From Callorhinchus milii (taxonomy: Eukaryota), in the NCBI RefSeq assembly GCF_018977255.1, contig NW_024704743.1:76696001-76760000 (forward strand): 64,000 bases of DNA, in the 5' to 3' direction. Under the pieces are notes generated by a model that saw only the letters and a list, made by a program, of their open reading frames with translations, was not told the DNA's origin and made no database searches. The translations under genes were made by a program, and so were the position numbers. This document shows, one piece after another, positions 1 to 12,231 of this stretch (its first letter is position 1; every line of letters starts with the position of its first letter).

Positions 1-114
1 AACGAGAGCCCAGTGACCTCCTTCCCGACTTGTGGAGAAACACCAGAGCTCTATTCAGCCCAAGTTGAGCAGGCCCAGATTTCACTGTATGGGCAGTCAG
101 GCATGTGGCCCTGA
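1..114 (+). CDS. Possible 3' end of a terminal coding exon (NESPVTSFPTCGETPELYSAQVEQAQISLYGQSGMWP*), protein not recognised
   Basis: Frame 1 is open from the window edge to TGA at 112-114. GC is higher here, then drops to AT-rich UTR-like sequence. Frame 3 (REPSDLLPDLWRNTRALFSPS*) is an alternative. Confidence 0.3.
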   Translation, partial: NESPVTSFPTCGETPELYSAQVEQAQISLYGQSGMWP

Positions 115-925
115 ATTCTACCAGTCTGCATTATTCCAAGTTTTTCATTTTAACCCATTCACTGTCTAGACATCACCTTTGTTCTGCATTGTGTCTCTTG
201 TGGCTACATTCAACACTTGATTTTTTGCTGTCTACAAAAACAAAAGAAGATATAATTATCTGTGTGATATTTTATATTTCATAAGCTCTTTGATTGAAGT
301 TGAAAGCATACCTTGAATACTTCTAAACAGCACGCCTTCAAATAATTGCCTGTGGATTCCTGATAAATAAAGGAGGAGGACACCTCCTGTTTGGACAAAA
401 TGAGTACACATTTCTGGCAAGCAGGTTATTTGCTTAACAGATGTATCTGCACAAATGCCAATACAATCCAATCCCACTATTAATTTTCTGATTAGTTGCT
501 CGACTACAGTCTCTGCCTTCTGCCCAATTTGTAACCTCATTTATTACAGAATGCTAACTGCTGCATCACTTGGTATTGAGTGAACCACAGCTGCGATAGT
601 AACACTTTATGGTGTGTTCCTGAGACCGGAGATTGCAGTGGAAGTGATTCTAAATGGTGCCTCCTTTATAATGAATGAGTTAAAACTAATTGTAAATATA
701 TTTTGTTAATTTTGTTAAATGAGCCAGTCAACCCTTTTTTTATAAACCTGGCTGAGAGTATATCATTGCATTCTTGTTTCGGATGGGTTCTCAATTCAGA
801 TCATCTTTATAGCCCCAAGTTTTATGAATATAATTTAGATTTTTTCAAAAGGAAAAAGCAAGGATGTTTCTGCACCATATTTTAGGTTTCTTTGATCCAT
901 GGGAGCTGGGCCAATAGCAGTAACA

Positions 926-967
926 TATAAAATTATTAATGATGTCTATAAATTTATTAATGATGTC
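926..967. repeat. 21-bp tandem duplication
   Basis: tataaaattattaatgatgtc followed by tataaatttattaatgatgtc (1 mismatch). Confidence 0.9.
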
Positions 968-1187
968 TGTATACCCCTTTTTCCTCATAACTGCTATAAA
1001 TCTTACTATAAAGTTACTGACAGCATTTAATATGTGTATTATTCTGCTTCATTTGTTTGACTAGAAATGTGCACGCTGGGCCAGCAGCTGACCTCCCCCC
1101 TGCTATACAGAAGCCTCCCTTAGTTCATTTTGCTTCTTATTGTTGGCACAGTTCCTTTTGTTGTCTCTCATGTTGCAGAGTTTCACT

Positions 1188-1304
1188 TCATGGCTGTTTG
1201 TGGGACATTGCTGAGCATAAACTGCCTGACAGGTTTCACCCACAAAATACAGTCAGGACGTTTCAATGACGCGATAAGGTGCTATATCAAATTCAAGGAT
1301 TATT
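1188..1304 (+). mobile_element. SINE 3' fragment (L2-derived tail shared by SINE families A and B)
   Basis: ctgtttgtgggacattgctg...aggtgctatatcaaattcaaggattatt matches the tail of full-length copies in the window. Confidence 0.8.
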
Positions 1305-2799
1305 TATATCAGTGGTGAGGAGCCTTTTTAGTCGGCCAACAAAATAAATGTTTATTTATTTAATTTTTCTTCAATTATGGCCCTCTGTGGGAATCTCAGC
1401 TCGGTAATTCCTGGAAACAAGGTATTGGTTTAGCATGGACTTGCCTGTACTGGTGCAGGTGTCCGGCAGGCCACTTCAAGAGGTCACTTTTGGGGCATCA
1501 AGAAGTGCCTGCCGATACCCACGGCGCGGCCATAAATGAAGAAAAACTTAATGAACAACAATGTATTTGGTGGGCCGAGCCAAAAGGCTGGCATCATTCT
1601 GCTATTTTGCAAGCCAGCAGTTAGTCTTTTCCTGCTGTCTTCATCGTATTGTATTTTTTTCGACTTTCTCAAGCTTTACTTTGTTTATAATAATCATAAT
1701 CCTTGTTATAGCACCTTATCATGCTATCGCTCTTCTTTGTTTCTTTAAAGATGCAAAATTCTCACACCATTTTCACCAGTACAACCCAAAACAGCCCATA
1801 TTGCCATTTTATAATGTGTCTGGAGGCTCAAAATGCACCACCAAATCTCAGGAGATGTTATTGAGCCTGTGCCATAGGATCCGCAATTTAAAGGTGGATT
1901 AGGGTAGGTTGCTGTGAGCTACACTCAAAAGTGTTCCCAGCTTTTTGCAACATGCTGCTACTGTTATTTGACTAGGAGTGATCCACCAAACAAATTCTAA
2001 AGTAACTGCTCACAGATGCATTAATATCTTGAAGATGTTCTTGCATGCACAGAACATCTTTACCGTCCACACTTTTTCTTATGCAGTTGGCACTCCTGTA
2101 TGTGGAGGCGGTGGAAGATTTGACTCCTAAGGGCTTTTGCAATTCAGAGCAAGGGAAACTGGCCGTTTTACAATAGAAGATCCCTCCTTTGGCAGGTTTG
2201 CCTTGAGAACATAGTATAAAACCAGTATAAGATGGCTAGGTCAAGTGTACCTTGGTTGCTGAATGCTGTCAGCTCCTCACTTTCAAATTTGCAGTCAATG
2301 CAACAGAACAAATTACATGAGGATTCACGTACACCTGCTATATTTTTCTCCGTTGTCACATGGCTTTCCAACGCTATGTCAGCTCTCAGAACAAGAGCTT
2401 GATGCAAACCAATTTCTGGCTACAAGAATGTTCAAATCCAATATCTCCAGCACAAAGAGTACTGTTCAATACTAAAATTGCCCCCTCTCAAACAGAAAGA
2501 AACATAAGGCACTTTTTGGGAGGAATGCAAATCCAGCTGTTTGATGGCAAAGCCGAGGAAAGAACAGACTATATTAACTTTGGTTCATTACTTGAATTTG
2601 TACTTCCTGTTCAAAATAGTAGCTGAAACATCCATACTTCACTTCTCTGAAGTCTAGTACAAAGTCATTAATCATTTACACATGGCTGCCAGTATATGGA
2701 TTTTTAATTGCACTTCTGACATTGCTTTATTATCGTGAGTGATAATCAAATATTTTGAGACTCGTGCAGTTGGCTTCAAGCACTCTAGGTTAAGGAGAA

Positions 2800-2930
2800 A
2801 AAATTGGCCAGTATTTGTGCGGATGATCATGATCCAGCAATCCTTCAGAATGTCAAGTTCTGATCAGGATCTGCTGTGATGCCCCTGCAGTCAAACAACC
2901 TGTCAGTGCTCACTAACAAGACTCAAATAC
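2800..2930 (+). mobile_element. Old SINE family C fragment
   Basis: gctgtgatgcccctgcagtcaaacaacctgtcagtgctcact aligns with copies at 34250 and 41648. Confidence 0.5.
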
Positions 2931-2962
2931 AACAATAATAATAATTACATTTTATATAAACA

Positions 2963-3055
2963 TAATCCTTGCTTTTGATGTAGCGCCTTTTCACATTGTT
3001 GAAATGTCTCAAAGTGCTTCATAGAATATATTGTAAAGTGGATTGATGTATATTG
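2963..3055 (-). mobile_element. SINE 3' fragment
   Basis: ataatccttgcttttgatgtagcgccttttcac...aaagtgcttcatagaatatattgtaaagtg. Confidence 0.8.
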
Positions 3056-3610
3056 TAACACCTACTGCTAAAATGTCTCCAAGTGTTTCAGAGTTTTTTG
3101 TAAAGTGTAGTGACAGCTAACTTGTGCACAGTGATGTCACACAAAGAGCTAGGTGATGAATAACCAATTTTATCTGGAGGTTTGTGTAAAATAGTGACTT
3201 GGAGAAGTTGTCCTAGGGTGACTGGTAGCCGTAAAATTGTCTGGAATGTGCCAGGATCCTCTGGACAGACTGAAGGGGGGATAAAAAGCATTTTAAAAAA
3301 TAATTGGAACAATGATCAAATTCCATTATCGAGTCCAAAAGCTTCAATGTACAAAAACGTCTGTGCCAGTTAAATAATGGCTAGGTGTCAACCCTATTCA
3401 GCACAGAAATATTCATCCCAGGAGTTTAGTATAAGAAGTGTTCTCAGTAACATTGCTATATGAATATGTCATTCCATCATAAACAGTAGTTGAACTGGCA
3501 GAATATTGGCTCCCAACCTTTTCTAAGATTCCAACATGTTCCTCAAGAAAGAAATGGGAACAAAAGACATAATTCTGTACCTAAACGACAGCACATTTAC
3601 TGATTGATGC

Positions 3611-3797
3611 ACAACAACAAGAAGATTACATTTATATAGCGCCTTTCACATCGGGAGGACAGTGTTCAGCATTTCCGACCCGAGCTGGGTTCAGGAGCGG
3701 AGAAGTGGGTGGCCGATGGCATGGTCGAAGAGGAGGGGACTTGAAGGAGGCTAAGGAGGGGGCAAGGCGGAGTGATTGGGGGATGGAATTCCATAGA
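3611..3797 (-). mobile_element. L2 LINE 3' fragment
   Basis: (AAC)n tail plus catttatatagcgcctttcacatcgggagg; homologous to the L2 3' end at 60000-60270. Confidence 0.85.
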
Positions 3798-5280
3798 CAT
3801 GAGCATCAAAATCACAAATGATAATGATTCCATATCTTCACAAAGTGGTTAGATATTCAGTTGAAAGTGAATTTGCTTGTAGAAAGACCCACAAATGTGC
3901 TTGCAAAATTGATGGTTTACAAAAATCAAGTTTGATGGCTTACAAACTTGATGGAGTAGAAAAGAAGAATTTATGAAGTGTTGCCATACCAGCAGAACTT
4001 GAAGGAATTATATTCAGTGCTCTTTCATCCGTGTCAATCGAAGGGCCTCCTATAACTACCGACTAGTGTGACACATGCCATAGAACAAAGGCACCTTCGC
4101 AAAAGGCATTGGCAACAAAACAGCCATGGTAACAATGGTGAGGCCCTGATGCTTTTCCATCAATGAAATTTCCCTGAGGTCAGGTAGACCAGACAGTAAA
4201 GACTAGAAAATAGTAAAGACTGTTTTAATCTGAGTTGTTGGGGCAAACCAGACAGGGATGAACCCTTGCTTTATTTCAATTGAGCATATTTGATGCTGTC
4301 AAAATGTTGAACTAATCCATTCTCAAGCACTGATAACCTTTCCTTTGATGATTGTAAAAAAAAGGAAATGGAATAAATAATAAGTTTCTGTTTATGAGAA
4401 TAACATTGTTCTGACCCAGTCATATTGATGTGAGTGCCATAGATACAAATTAGTTTGGCTTTATTGGGATCTGAAAATGTGCTGCAGAACTTGCAATATG
4501 AATCAAACTGTCACATGCCTATAAAGGCCCAATGAAAAGATAATAAAGGCAACGTTGAATGAAGCAAAACTTAATGAGAACTTAATGAGTGTGGAACCTG
4601 AGGAATATGTCTCTAGTCATAACATGATTGCATGTATTAGACCTTTACCATCGTTCTAATAAACTATGGAAAGGATTGGAGCATGGGCACGTTCCCTGCT
4701 ACATTTCAAATTATAATCTTGCAAAAACTTAGAATGAAAAACATTCTCAAAAGAGGTAAAGTTAGCTGTGTTGACTCCACACATGAAATTGGTATATGGA
4801 ATCAAACTCTCCTGACTGGAAATGACAGAGGTATAATTACCAAATACATGAAGTACAACGCCCTGCTATTTTCTTTTGCCATGCCTGAAAGGCTTTATTA
4901 AATTGAAATGATTTGTATGATGCTATCAGCTATAAGAGTTTATAATTGTGTGTATTTATCATTTATGCAATACTTGAAATAATTTTTTNGTGGTTTAAAA
5001 TGCACTCGTTAGAAAAAAGACAGCCCAGATTGCACTTCCCACTGGAAAAGCCTGTCCTCCTGAAGGGAAGTCACTCCAATTGTCATGCTGAATGTACATA
5101 GGATTATCTGTAGGATATACACTTATGTTCACACTACATCCTGTGGTGCTTTTTCCAGCACAAGGCACTATTTGCATTGCCGATTCTCAATGAATCCTTT
5201 TGAAGTCCCAATGAAACGAATGATTACACTTATTTTTAAGCAATTGAAATGAGCCTTGTTGCTGCTGCCCATAAGTGCTA

Positions 5281-5610
5281 ATAATATTAATAATCCTTTC
5301 ATTTCTTATAACGCCTTATCGTGTCCTTGGGATGACTGAAAGCACCTCGCAGGGTGTATACCGTAAAGTATTTTGTGGATACAGCTAGTTTTGTGCATAG
5401 CAATGTCCCACAAACAGCAATGGAGTAACCAATTTTATTTGGGGGATTTGTTGGCCAGGACACTGGAAGAAACTCTCTTTTCGAATAGTGCCATGGGATC
5501 TTTAATGTGCACCTGAATAGGCAAACAAGACCTTGGTATTACGTCTCATCCGAAAGACGGCACCTCCGACAATGCAACACACCCTCAACGTTGCAATGGA
5601 ATGTCAGCTT
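5281..5610 (-). mobile_element. DeuSINE (SacSINE1-like, family B)
   Basis: Deu domain acgtctcatccgaaagacggcacctccgacaatgc, aatagtgccatgggatcttt and the L2-like tail. Confidence 0.85.
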
Positions 5611-6859
5611 TTATGTGATTATATGAAGCTGACACACACAAATACACTGCATGGTTCAATACACAGTGCTGTAAAGACAGCAATTTTCTTCCATTCATTG
5701 GAACATAGTAAATCCTGAATCTCGCCTAGACTATCTGGAATAAGGTACACTTCCTTTACGCTTAAGTATTATTCTTATTGAGTTAAAACTTAAGGATGCG
5801 CTGAGCTCATGTTATACAACTCACTTTGTAAGGTGCTTTGTTTCAACTCTTCACAAGATCCTTGCCATTATTAGTGACAAGTTAATTATTGTTTGTAGTA
5901 AAACTGGGGTGTCCTAAGGGTCTGGGTGAATTTTTCCAGTAACTGGTCAGCTTTCAGCCCTTCACCAGGTGTTAGTTTGTGTTAGTTTGTTACAATGCAT
6001 TTGTTCCAATTTTGTTTATATACCTGAATGTTGCACTTGATACACAGAAAGGTATATTAAAGCATGATATATATGATTGGACCTGCAGGTATCATGGATT
6101 ATATTTGCCTACAACACAATCGTTACTCTCCAGAGTGTATCTCATGAAGTGCTTTTGCAATGTGTAACGTGCTTTATCAAATACAAAGATTATTATTATA
6201 TTATAAATTTGGAGGGAGGAAAAAACGGGGTCAAGTCAGTTAGGTCGCACTTACGCACCTTTTCCGGCGACACACGGGCATTGGTATTATCCTGCCATGG
6301 AATCAAAAATGTTCAGACTGTAATTAGAGGCTAAGAATGACCATGCTGACGACCATAGAGAGAGGCTGATATCATCATATAAAAATAGGATACTGACTTA
6401 ACTCAGTCAGTATCTTGCAGTAGCAGATTCACATGTTGCCTCTAAATTGATTAAATTAGATTTTGGCCGGTTGAACCTGAACAAAGAAAGAGGCCAAAAT
6501 GCTTTCAAGAGCTGCTTACAGAGCAAACTATGGCCCAAAGTAATGGCGGTATTCAGACCTGAAACCAATTGAGAATTATCGACTTGAAATACCACTGGAT
6601 CATCTGTGATAATTAGTACATTGAAACTGTTATTAAATGTAGCAGATTTAACCTCTATTAAATAAACTAAATCAAAATCAGGAGTCCTGGCTGTTTTTTT
6701 CCCCTTTACCTTTAAGCTACAGATGATGCAGTCTATCTATAAAACTACTACTTATTCATTCCTTGCTTGTTATGGGATTTCCCATTATAACCTAATAAAA
6801 GGAATAAAATATTCCCTATTTTTAAGTAATTGGCATCTGATAGACGCTCCAGTTGTGTT

Positions 6860-7018
6860 CCCATCCCTAGCTTGGCTGAGACTGGCTAACTCAACAACAA
6901 CATTTACAGTTTTGGAGCACTTAGCTCCACTTGTCATAGGACAGGGATTAAACCTGGGATCTTCTTGATCTGTATGGCTTACACTACCAGTTACATTTAT
7001 CCACTGAGCCATCAGGGA
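6860..7018 (-). mobile_element. Old SINE family C, tRNA-like head
   Basis: Reverse strand reads tgatggctcagtggataaatg...cccaggtttaatccctg (A- and B-box-like); homologous to 41648-41760. Confidence 0.6.
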
Positions 7019-7051
7019 AGTTTCAGAACCAGATTTTATTTGAAAACATCA

Positions 7052-7204
7052 GATTGTTTGTGGGACACTGGTGCACAATTGGCTGCCGCGTTTCGCCCAC
7101 AAAACACACAGTCACTACACTTTACAATATATTCTGTGAAGCCCTTTGAGACGTCTCGAAGGCGTGATAAGATGCTATATCAAATGCAAAAATTATTATT
7201 ATTA
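7052..7204 (+). mobile_element. SINE family A 3' fragment
   Basis: tgtttgtgggacactggtgcacaattggctgccgcgtttcgcccacaaaa...(ATT)n. Confidence 0.9.
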
Positions 7205-9211
7205 AGAACAAACCATGTACCAATCAGAAAACTCGAATGCCATATTCTTACTACACATTAAAATTACATGGAAAACCTTAAGAGACTTACTAATTGTTGT
7301 TGAGTTATAATATCCCACCATACCTAGATATTTGTATTTCCCAGAATGACCTTTTAAGTGGTTTGCACCAGAGTTTTAGCGTAGGTAGGGTTTTAGTCAG
7401 TTAATCAACCATTTCAAATTTGGATTAGGCTGAATCGAGTACTAAAAAGAGATTGGGATCACTAGGTCCACCTTTTAAATAAATGAAAGCCACTTGTAGG
7501 AAGATTTAAGTTCTTTAGTAACCCACTTATTTGCTTCTCAGCCTCACAATTCAATGAGATTAAATGTCCCTGATCCTCTTCTGCTCGCTCATTCTGCTTT
7601 TAATGAAACAGGTAGCAGAAAGCAGTCGTCTCACCTGAAACCCTGGCTGAGCTAGGCTAATTGTTCCTTTAGAAAATAACAAGTGTTTGTTTTACACTTT
7701 TCAAATGTCAGTTTCCACTCAGTGAGCTGAACAGGGTTTTCCGCTGCCCTGAGTTTAAAGGGATTTTGATACTGTGGGTATTCTAAGGATATTTTCAGTG
7801 CAGTCATTGTGAGCTGTGTGGTGTGGTCTGCTCTGCACCACTTGATCTCAGCTGCTCCCTAGTGAGGTTGAGCAGCATTAAATCAGGTTAGCAGTACAAA
7901 GGTAGTCTCTCTTTGAGATATGGTGCATTAAATTTCAAAGACTGGCATTAACTTTAGTAAACTTCACAAAACTGTGTGACCAAAGATACTGTCGACCTGG
8001 ACAGATACAGGTAGTACCAATAGGGGTTTATCATACGCCCATTATTAATGTTTGTGTTTATAATGGAAAATCCCATTGTAAAACATAGCGAAAAGGTAGC
8101 TATTTATAGCAATCATGTATGTCTATGTTAGTTCCCCCAGTGAGATCTAAGAGCAGTATTTATTTTAACAGTCTCTCCCCATTACAAACTCCAGGTTTGG
8201 TTATGGTTGATTTGCTCCAGTGAAGCAGCTCTGTGAAAAAAGAGTCCCAAACTTTCATTGTATGTTATGTGATCTGTCTGAGTTCGACTCCCAAAACGAC
8301 ACAGAGAAATCAAGTTCTTACATTCAACTTGCAAAGAAATGTGCAACTTTTTTGCACTGTAATGACCATCCAGGCTGCTGCAGGGCAATGTCTGCATTAT
8401 AACTGAGAGAGTTAACAGTGCTTAAAAATATAATTTTTGATCATTCATTTTGTGGCTAATTGTGGGAATTCATGGGAAACTGCTGTGTGCAAATTAGTTG
8501 CTGTATGTTTAGGGAGATCACTGTTTGCTTCTGCGGCATGTTCAAGGAGGGTGCTACACACTTCAAGATCTTGCTATATGTTTCTGCTGCATATTGAGGA
8601 GGCTGATACATATCTCTGAAGCCTGTTGTACATTCATTGGACTTGCTGCATATTTCAGGAGTTTGTTGCATGCTTCAGAAGGCTGCTGTTTGGACTTTGC
8701 TTGGAGAATATTTGACAATCTTTATCTCTGTACTCATTAAAGCAAAGCTCAACTTTTCCAGGCACAAATAGCGCTTCTCTCAGGAATTATGAGAAATCTC
8801 TGCAAGAATTCCAGCTCTGTGTTTTCAAACCTGGCTTCTTGATAATGATCAGTTATGGATGGGCCCTCGAGGGATAATTGCCGCAACATTAGAAAGTGGA
8901 ATCAACTGATGTAGAGAAGTGTAAGAGAATTGGGGGAGGGAGACAGCTTCATGAGGTATGTGGGGAATTCTGTTTTGTTTGTCAACAAATGTAAGGATCA
9001 TACACCTGAAAGCGGTCCAAATTTAGCAAATTGCTTGTTAAATGCCTGCAATCTAATATGGTACAAGGATATTGTTTACAGCAAAGTGGTTATTAAACTT
9101 TATGTACACAGAAATCTGCTTCTAACAACTATCTCCAGGGCTCTGCTGTTTATAGGGAAGTGGCCTCTTAATGCAGGTTCAAGTCCAAATTACAACATTT
9201 ACATCAGGATT

Positions 9212-9540
9212 AGTTGTTAATGCTAAACTTGTATAAATCACAAGTTAAACCCCAGTAAGCGTACCACATTGTGCCCAGTTTTGAGCACTTTACTACATAT
9301 AGGAAGGATGTTAAGGACATACAAAGGGGGTAAAGGAGTGTTTTTACTTAATGAGGAGAGGCTTGAGGAACTGGGACTGTTCCCCTAGAACAAAGACGAT
9401 TGAGAAGAGACCTGACAGGATTTTTTTTAAAAAGCCATTAAGGATTTTGGTAAAGTAAATAAGGAGAAAGTATTTTCACTGGCCAGTGAGTTGGTACCTG
9501 GGAGACATATTTAAAGCAATTATCAAAACAACAAAAGGAC
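9212..9540 (+). mobile_element. CR1 LINE, degenerate C-terminal ORF2 region
   Basis: gaggagaggcttgaggaactgggactgtt...agacgattgagaagagacctga (ERL..LGLF..RRLRGDL-like); homologous to 55555-55700. Confidence 0.75.
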
Positions 9541-9774
9541 TGTGGGGGCAGAAGGAGAAGGCAAGTAAACTAGATGAAATGTAACAAAAGAGTTATGCCA
9601 GGAGTCATTTTTTCTCAATCACTCTCTGTTACACATACGTCACATACAATGGTAAAATTGAAAGATAGTAAACTCATTTAAGAAGCAACTTGATGCTGCA
9701 ATGTAAAGTCACTAGGTGGGTCCGTTATATTCAAGCCTTTCTTGTGCAAACTATAGAGCTGCTAGTAAGTGTAA

Positions 9775-10295
9775 GCCTAAGCTCAGTTAGTAGTGTTCTG
9801 GGATCTGAATCCTTCCCCCTCCCCTGACTCGGCATCGGGCTCCGCCACTGTTAAGCACTCTGGGATGCCCCCCGGGGTGGAGGATGCTATATAAATGCAA
9901 GTTGTTGTTGTTGATTCAGAAGATTGTGAGTTCAAGCCCCATAACTGAACTTTGAACTCACAGTCTAGACTGACACCCCAATAAAGTGTTGGGGGAATGC
10001 TGCATTGTTGGAGGTGCCAACCTTTGGATAAGACATGAAACTGAGGTCACGACTACTTGTTCAGATAGATGTTATTGACTCCATGCCAGTATCTGAAAAG
10101 AGATGTTTCTCCGGGGTCCTGCCAACAATCCCCCAGATACAAATTGATGATTCATTCATGGTTGTTTGTGGGATATTGCCACATTCACCTGCAAGATATA
10201 CAGTCACTACAGTTCACAGTTAAAAATCAGTTCTGTGAAGCACTTTGAGATGTCATCCTAATGTGAAAGGTGCTATATCAACTGCAAGGATTATG
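9775..10295 (+). mobile_element. Near full-length DeuSINE (family B) interrupted by an L2 tail
   Basis: tRNA head (gctcagttagtag...gagttcaagcccc), Deu domain at 10000-10050, tail at 10230-10295. Confidence 0.85.
9812..9911 (+). mobile_element. L2 3' UTR/tail nested in SINE head
   Basis: ctccgccactgttaagcactctgggatg...gctatataaatgcaa(GTT)n; flanked by tgaatc / tgattc. Confidence 0.85.
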
Positions 10296-10734
10296 ATAAA
10301 ACAATGTTATTCAGTATTGATGATTTCTAGAATTGCATGTGTATGATATTGTCCTCCAATTTTCTCCTGACCAGAAATCTACTGAAAACCGTTTGAGCTT
10401 ATGGTGATGATTGTAGTGGGTAGGTTGGGGAGGTGAATTGTAACATGCATATATTTCATGTAAATTGTTAAGGAAATGCTTTAAGTTTGTTAAGCAACAA
10501 CAAATAAATTTGTTTAGCGCTTTGCACGTCAGGAGCAATTGTAATAATGGCCAAACCAGGCTGTACTATCTCAATACAAGCTCAGTTTGAGTCTTGCAGG
10601 CATCAGAATATTACCGAGTTTCTTGACATTCAGACTAGATAATGCATTATGCCCTTTGTGCCCAACTAATCATAGCTTATTGATCCCTTAAAAATTCTTA
10701 TTATTATTACGCTTATAAAAAGAATTTCCTTGTA

Positions 10735-10910
10735 TAATAATACTAATAATAATCCTTGTATTTCATATAGTGCCTTATCACATCTTCGAAAAGTCTCAAA
10801 ACACTTCACAGAATATATTGTAAAGTGAATTGACTGTATATTTTGTGTGCAGCCAATTGCGCTCAGCAGTGTCCGACAAACAGTTGTGGATTGAAGTGAC
10901 CAATTTATTT
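10735..10910 (-). mobile_element. SINE family A 3' fragment
   Basis: (AAT)n ccttgtatttcatatagtgcc...cagccaattgcgctcagcagtgtcc. Confidence 0.9.
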
Positions 10911-12120
10911 TTTTTCTAAAAAACGTTTTGATCATATCCATGCCCACAAATCGTAGAATGTTTACTGCATAGAAGGGAGGCCATTTCACCCATCACTCAG
11001 TTGAGTGGTTTTGAATACAATGAAGCTTGTTCTAGTTTCATATCTCAAAACACTTGACAGTAACTGTCAAGTCTAGTGACTCTGTAATTGTAGGCAAATG
11101 CAGCATCCTATTTTCAAATGTGCATTGCCCCATAGGGTACCTTGCTGACTTAGCTGTGGTTACTGTAATCTTTTTCAGTTCAAAAGATTAAACATGTCAC
11201 TGTGTTCTAGTGTGTTTTACTACTTCTGCTTAAATGTACATCTGGTTCTTTTTTGAGATATCTTTGCTTCAAAAAACTAAAAAATGTGCCCTTTAGGGTG
11301 AATTATTTGAAACAATGTCTGAAAAGGGCACTGTTCCATGGCCATTCTTCTGATAAGACTGAGTGGTTGTCATGGGAGTGACATCTTGTTGTACTTATAT
11401 CTCCTTTCACTTAACTAAATTATTTTGATATCAGAAACAAAGGCATGCTGTTCCAAGTACTGGTTGGATGTTAAACTGTGCAACTCTCAGCAGACAGAAA
11501 GGAAGTATTTTAATGACATTGAGGCAATATTAGCTTAAATGTTCTCTGGAAAGAAATTTAATTTACCATTTCAAATACAATAGACTAAATTGATCCTAGA
11601 GGGATTCTGCATAGTGCACGGACACAATTTTGATTGAGAGTCAAACGTTTGGAATGGACCCACTTTGGCATCTCTCTTTAGTTTCCCACCGTAATTCAGT
11701 TAATGTACTGTCATTAGTACACGAAGCAGGCTTCAAATGTGGTGCTGATCAAAGTAAACCAGAAATTACACAGTACAATCTGGAGCTGGAACACTGTGTG
11801 GTTGCATAAGGAATTAGTAATAGACCATGCAAAACATGTCAGAGGACAGTGTGGAACTGAACTCAGTGGAGAGTATGGAAGTAAAATTAGTGCAGAATTA
11901 AAATGACTTTAAATTTTGGCAATCTGTTTCCATTTGCATGGTCTAACACTGAACTCCAAATTAACCGTTCAAAAGGGTTTAAGTAACACAGATACTCCAG
12001 TCAATCAGTCCAGTTTACCGACATCTCGAAATGGGTGCCAAATCATATTCAAACTTCACTGGGTTTGAGTTTATCAGTTTGGAGTATTTTCTTGTAGACA
12101 CGAATCCCAGCTCCCAGATT

Positions 12121-12190
12121 CAGGAGAACCCTATCATAACGACACCCAATATAGCAAGGTTTCGCTTATAGTGCTATGACCAATTGGTTT
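12121..12190 (+). mobile_element. Possible Tigger/pogo-type DNA transposon terminus
   Basis: caggagaaccctatcataacgacacccaatatagc...ttcgcttatag resembles the CAGTAGAACCC..TATAAC repeated termini of Tigger elements; opposite end not found. Confidence 0.3.
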
Positions 12191-12217
12191 CTCTTGTTGA
12201 ATGGATGGCCAACTTCC

Positions 12218-12231
12218 AGGTCATCAGGTCA
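12218..12231 (+). promoter_or_regulatory. Perfect DR2 nuclear-receptor element (RAR/RXR-type)
   Basis: AGGTCA-tc-AGGTCA. Confidence 0.5.

Larger units (their letters stand above)
115..1370 (+). other. Putative 3' UTR with poly(A) signals
   Basis: AATAAA at 366-371 and 1343-1348, the latter followed by a T-rich tract. Pumilio-type TGTAAATA at 691-698. Confidence 0.25.

Noticed and set aside
256..540. 94-aa minus-strand ORF
   Set aside because: No recognisable homology or splice context; length is within chance range
4989..4989. Single N base
   Set aside because: Assembly ambiguity, not biology
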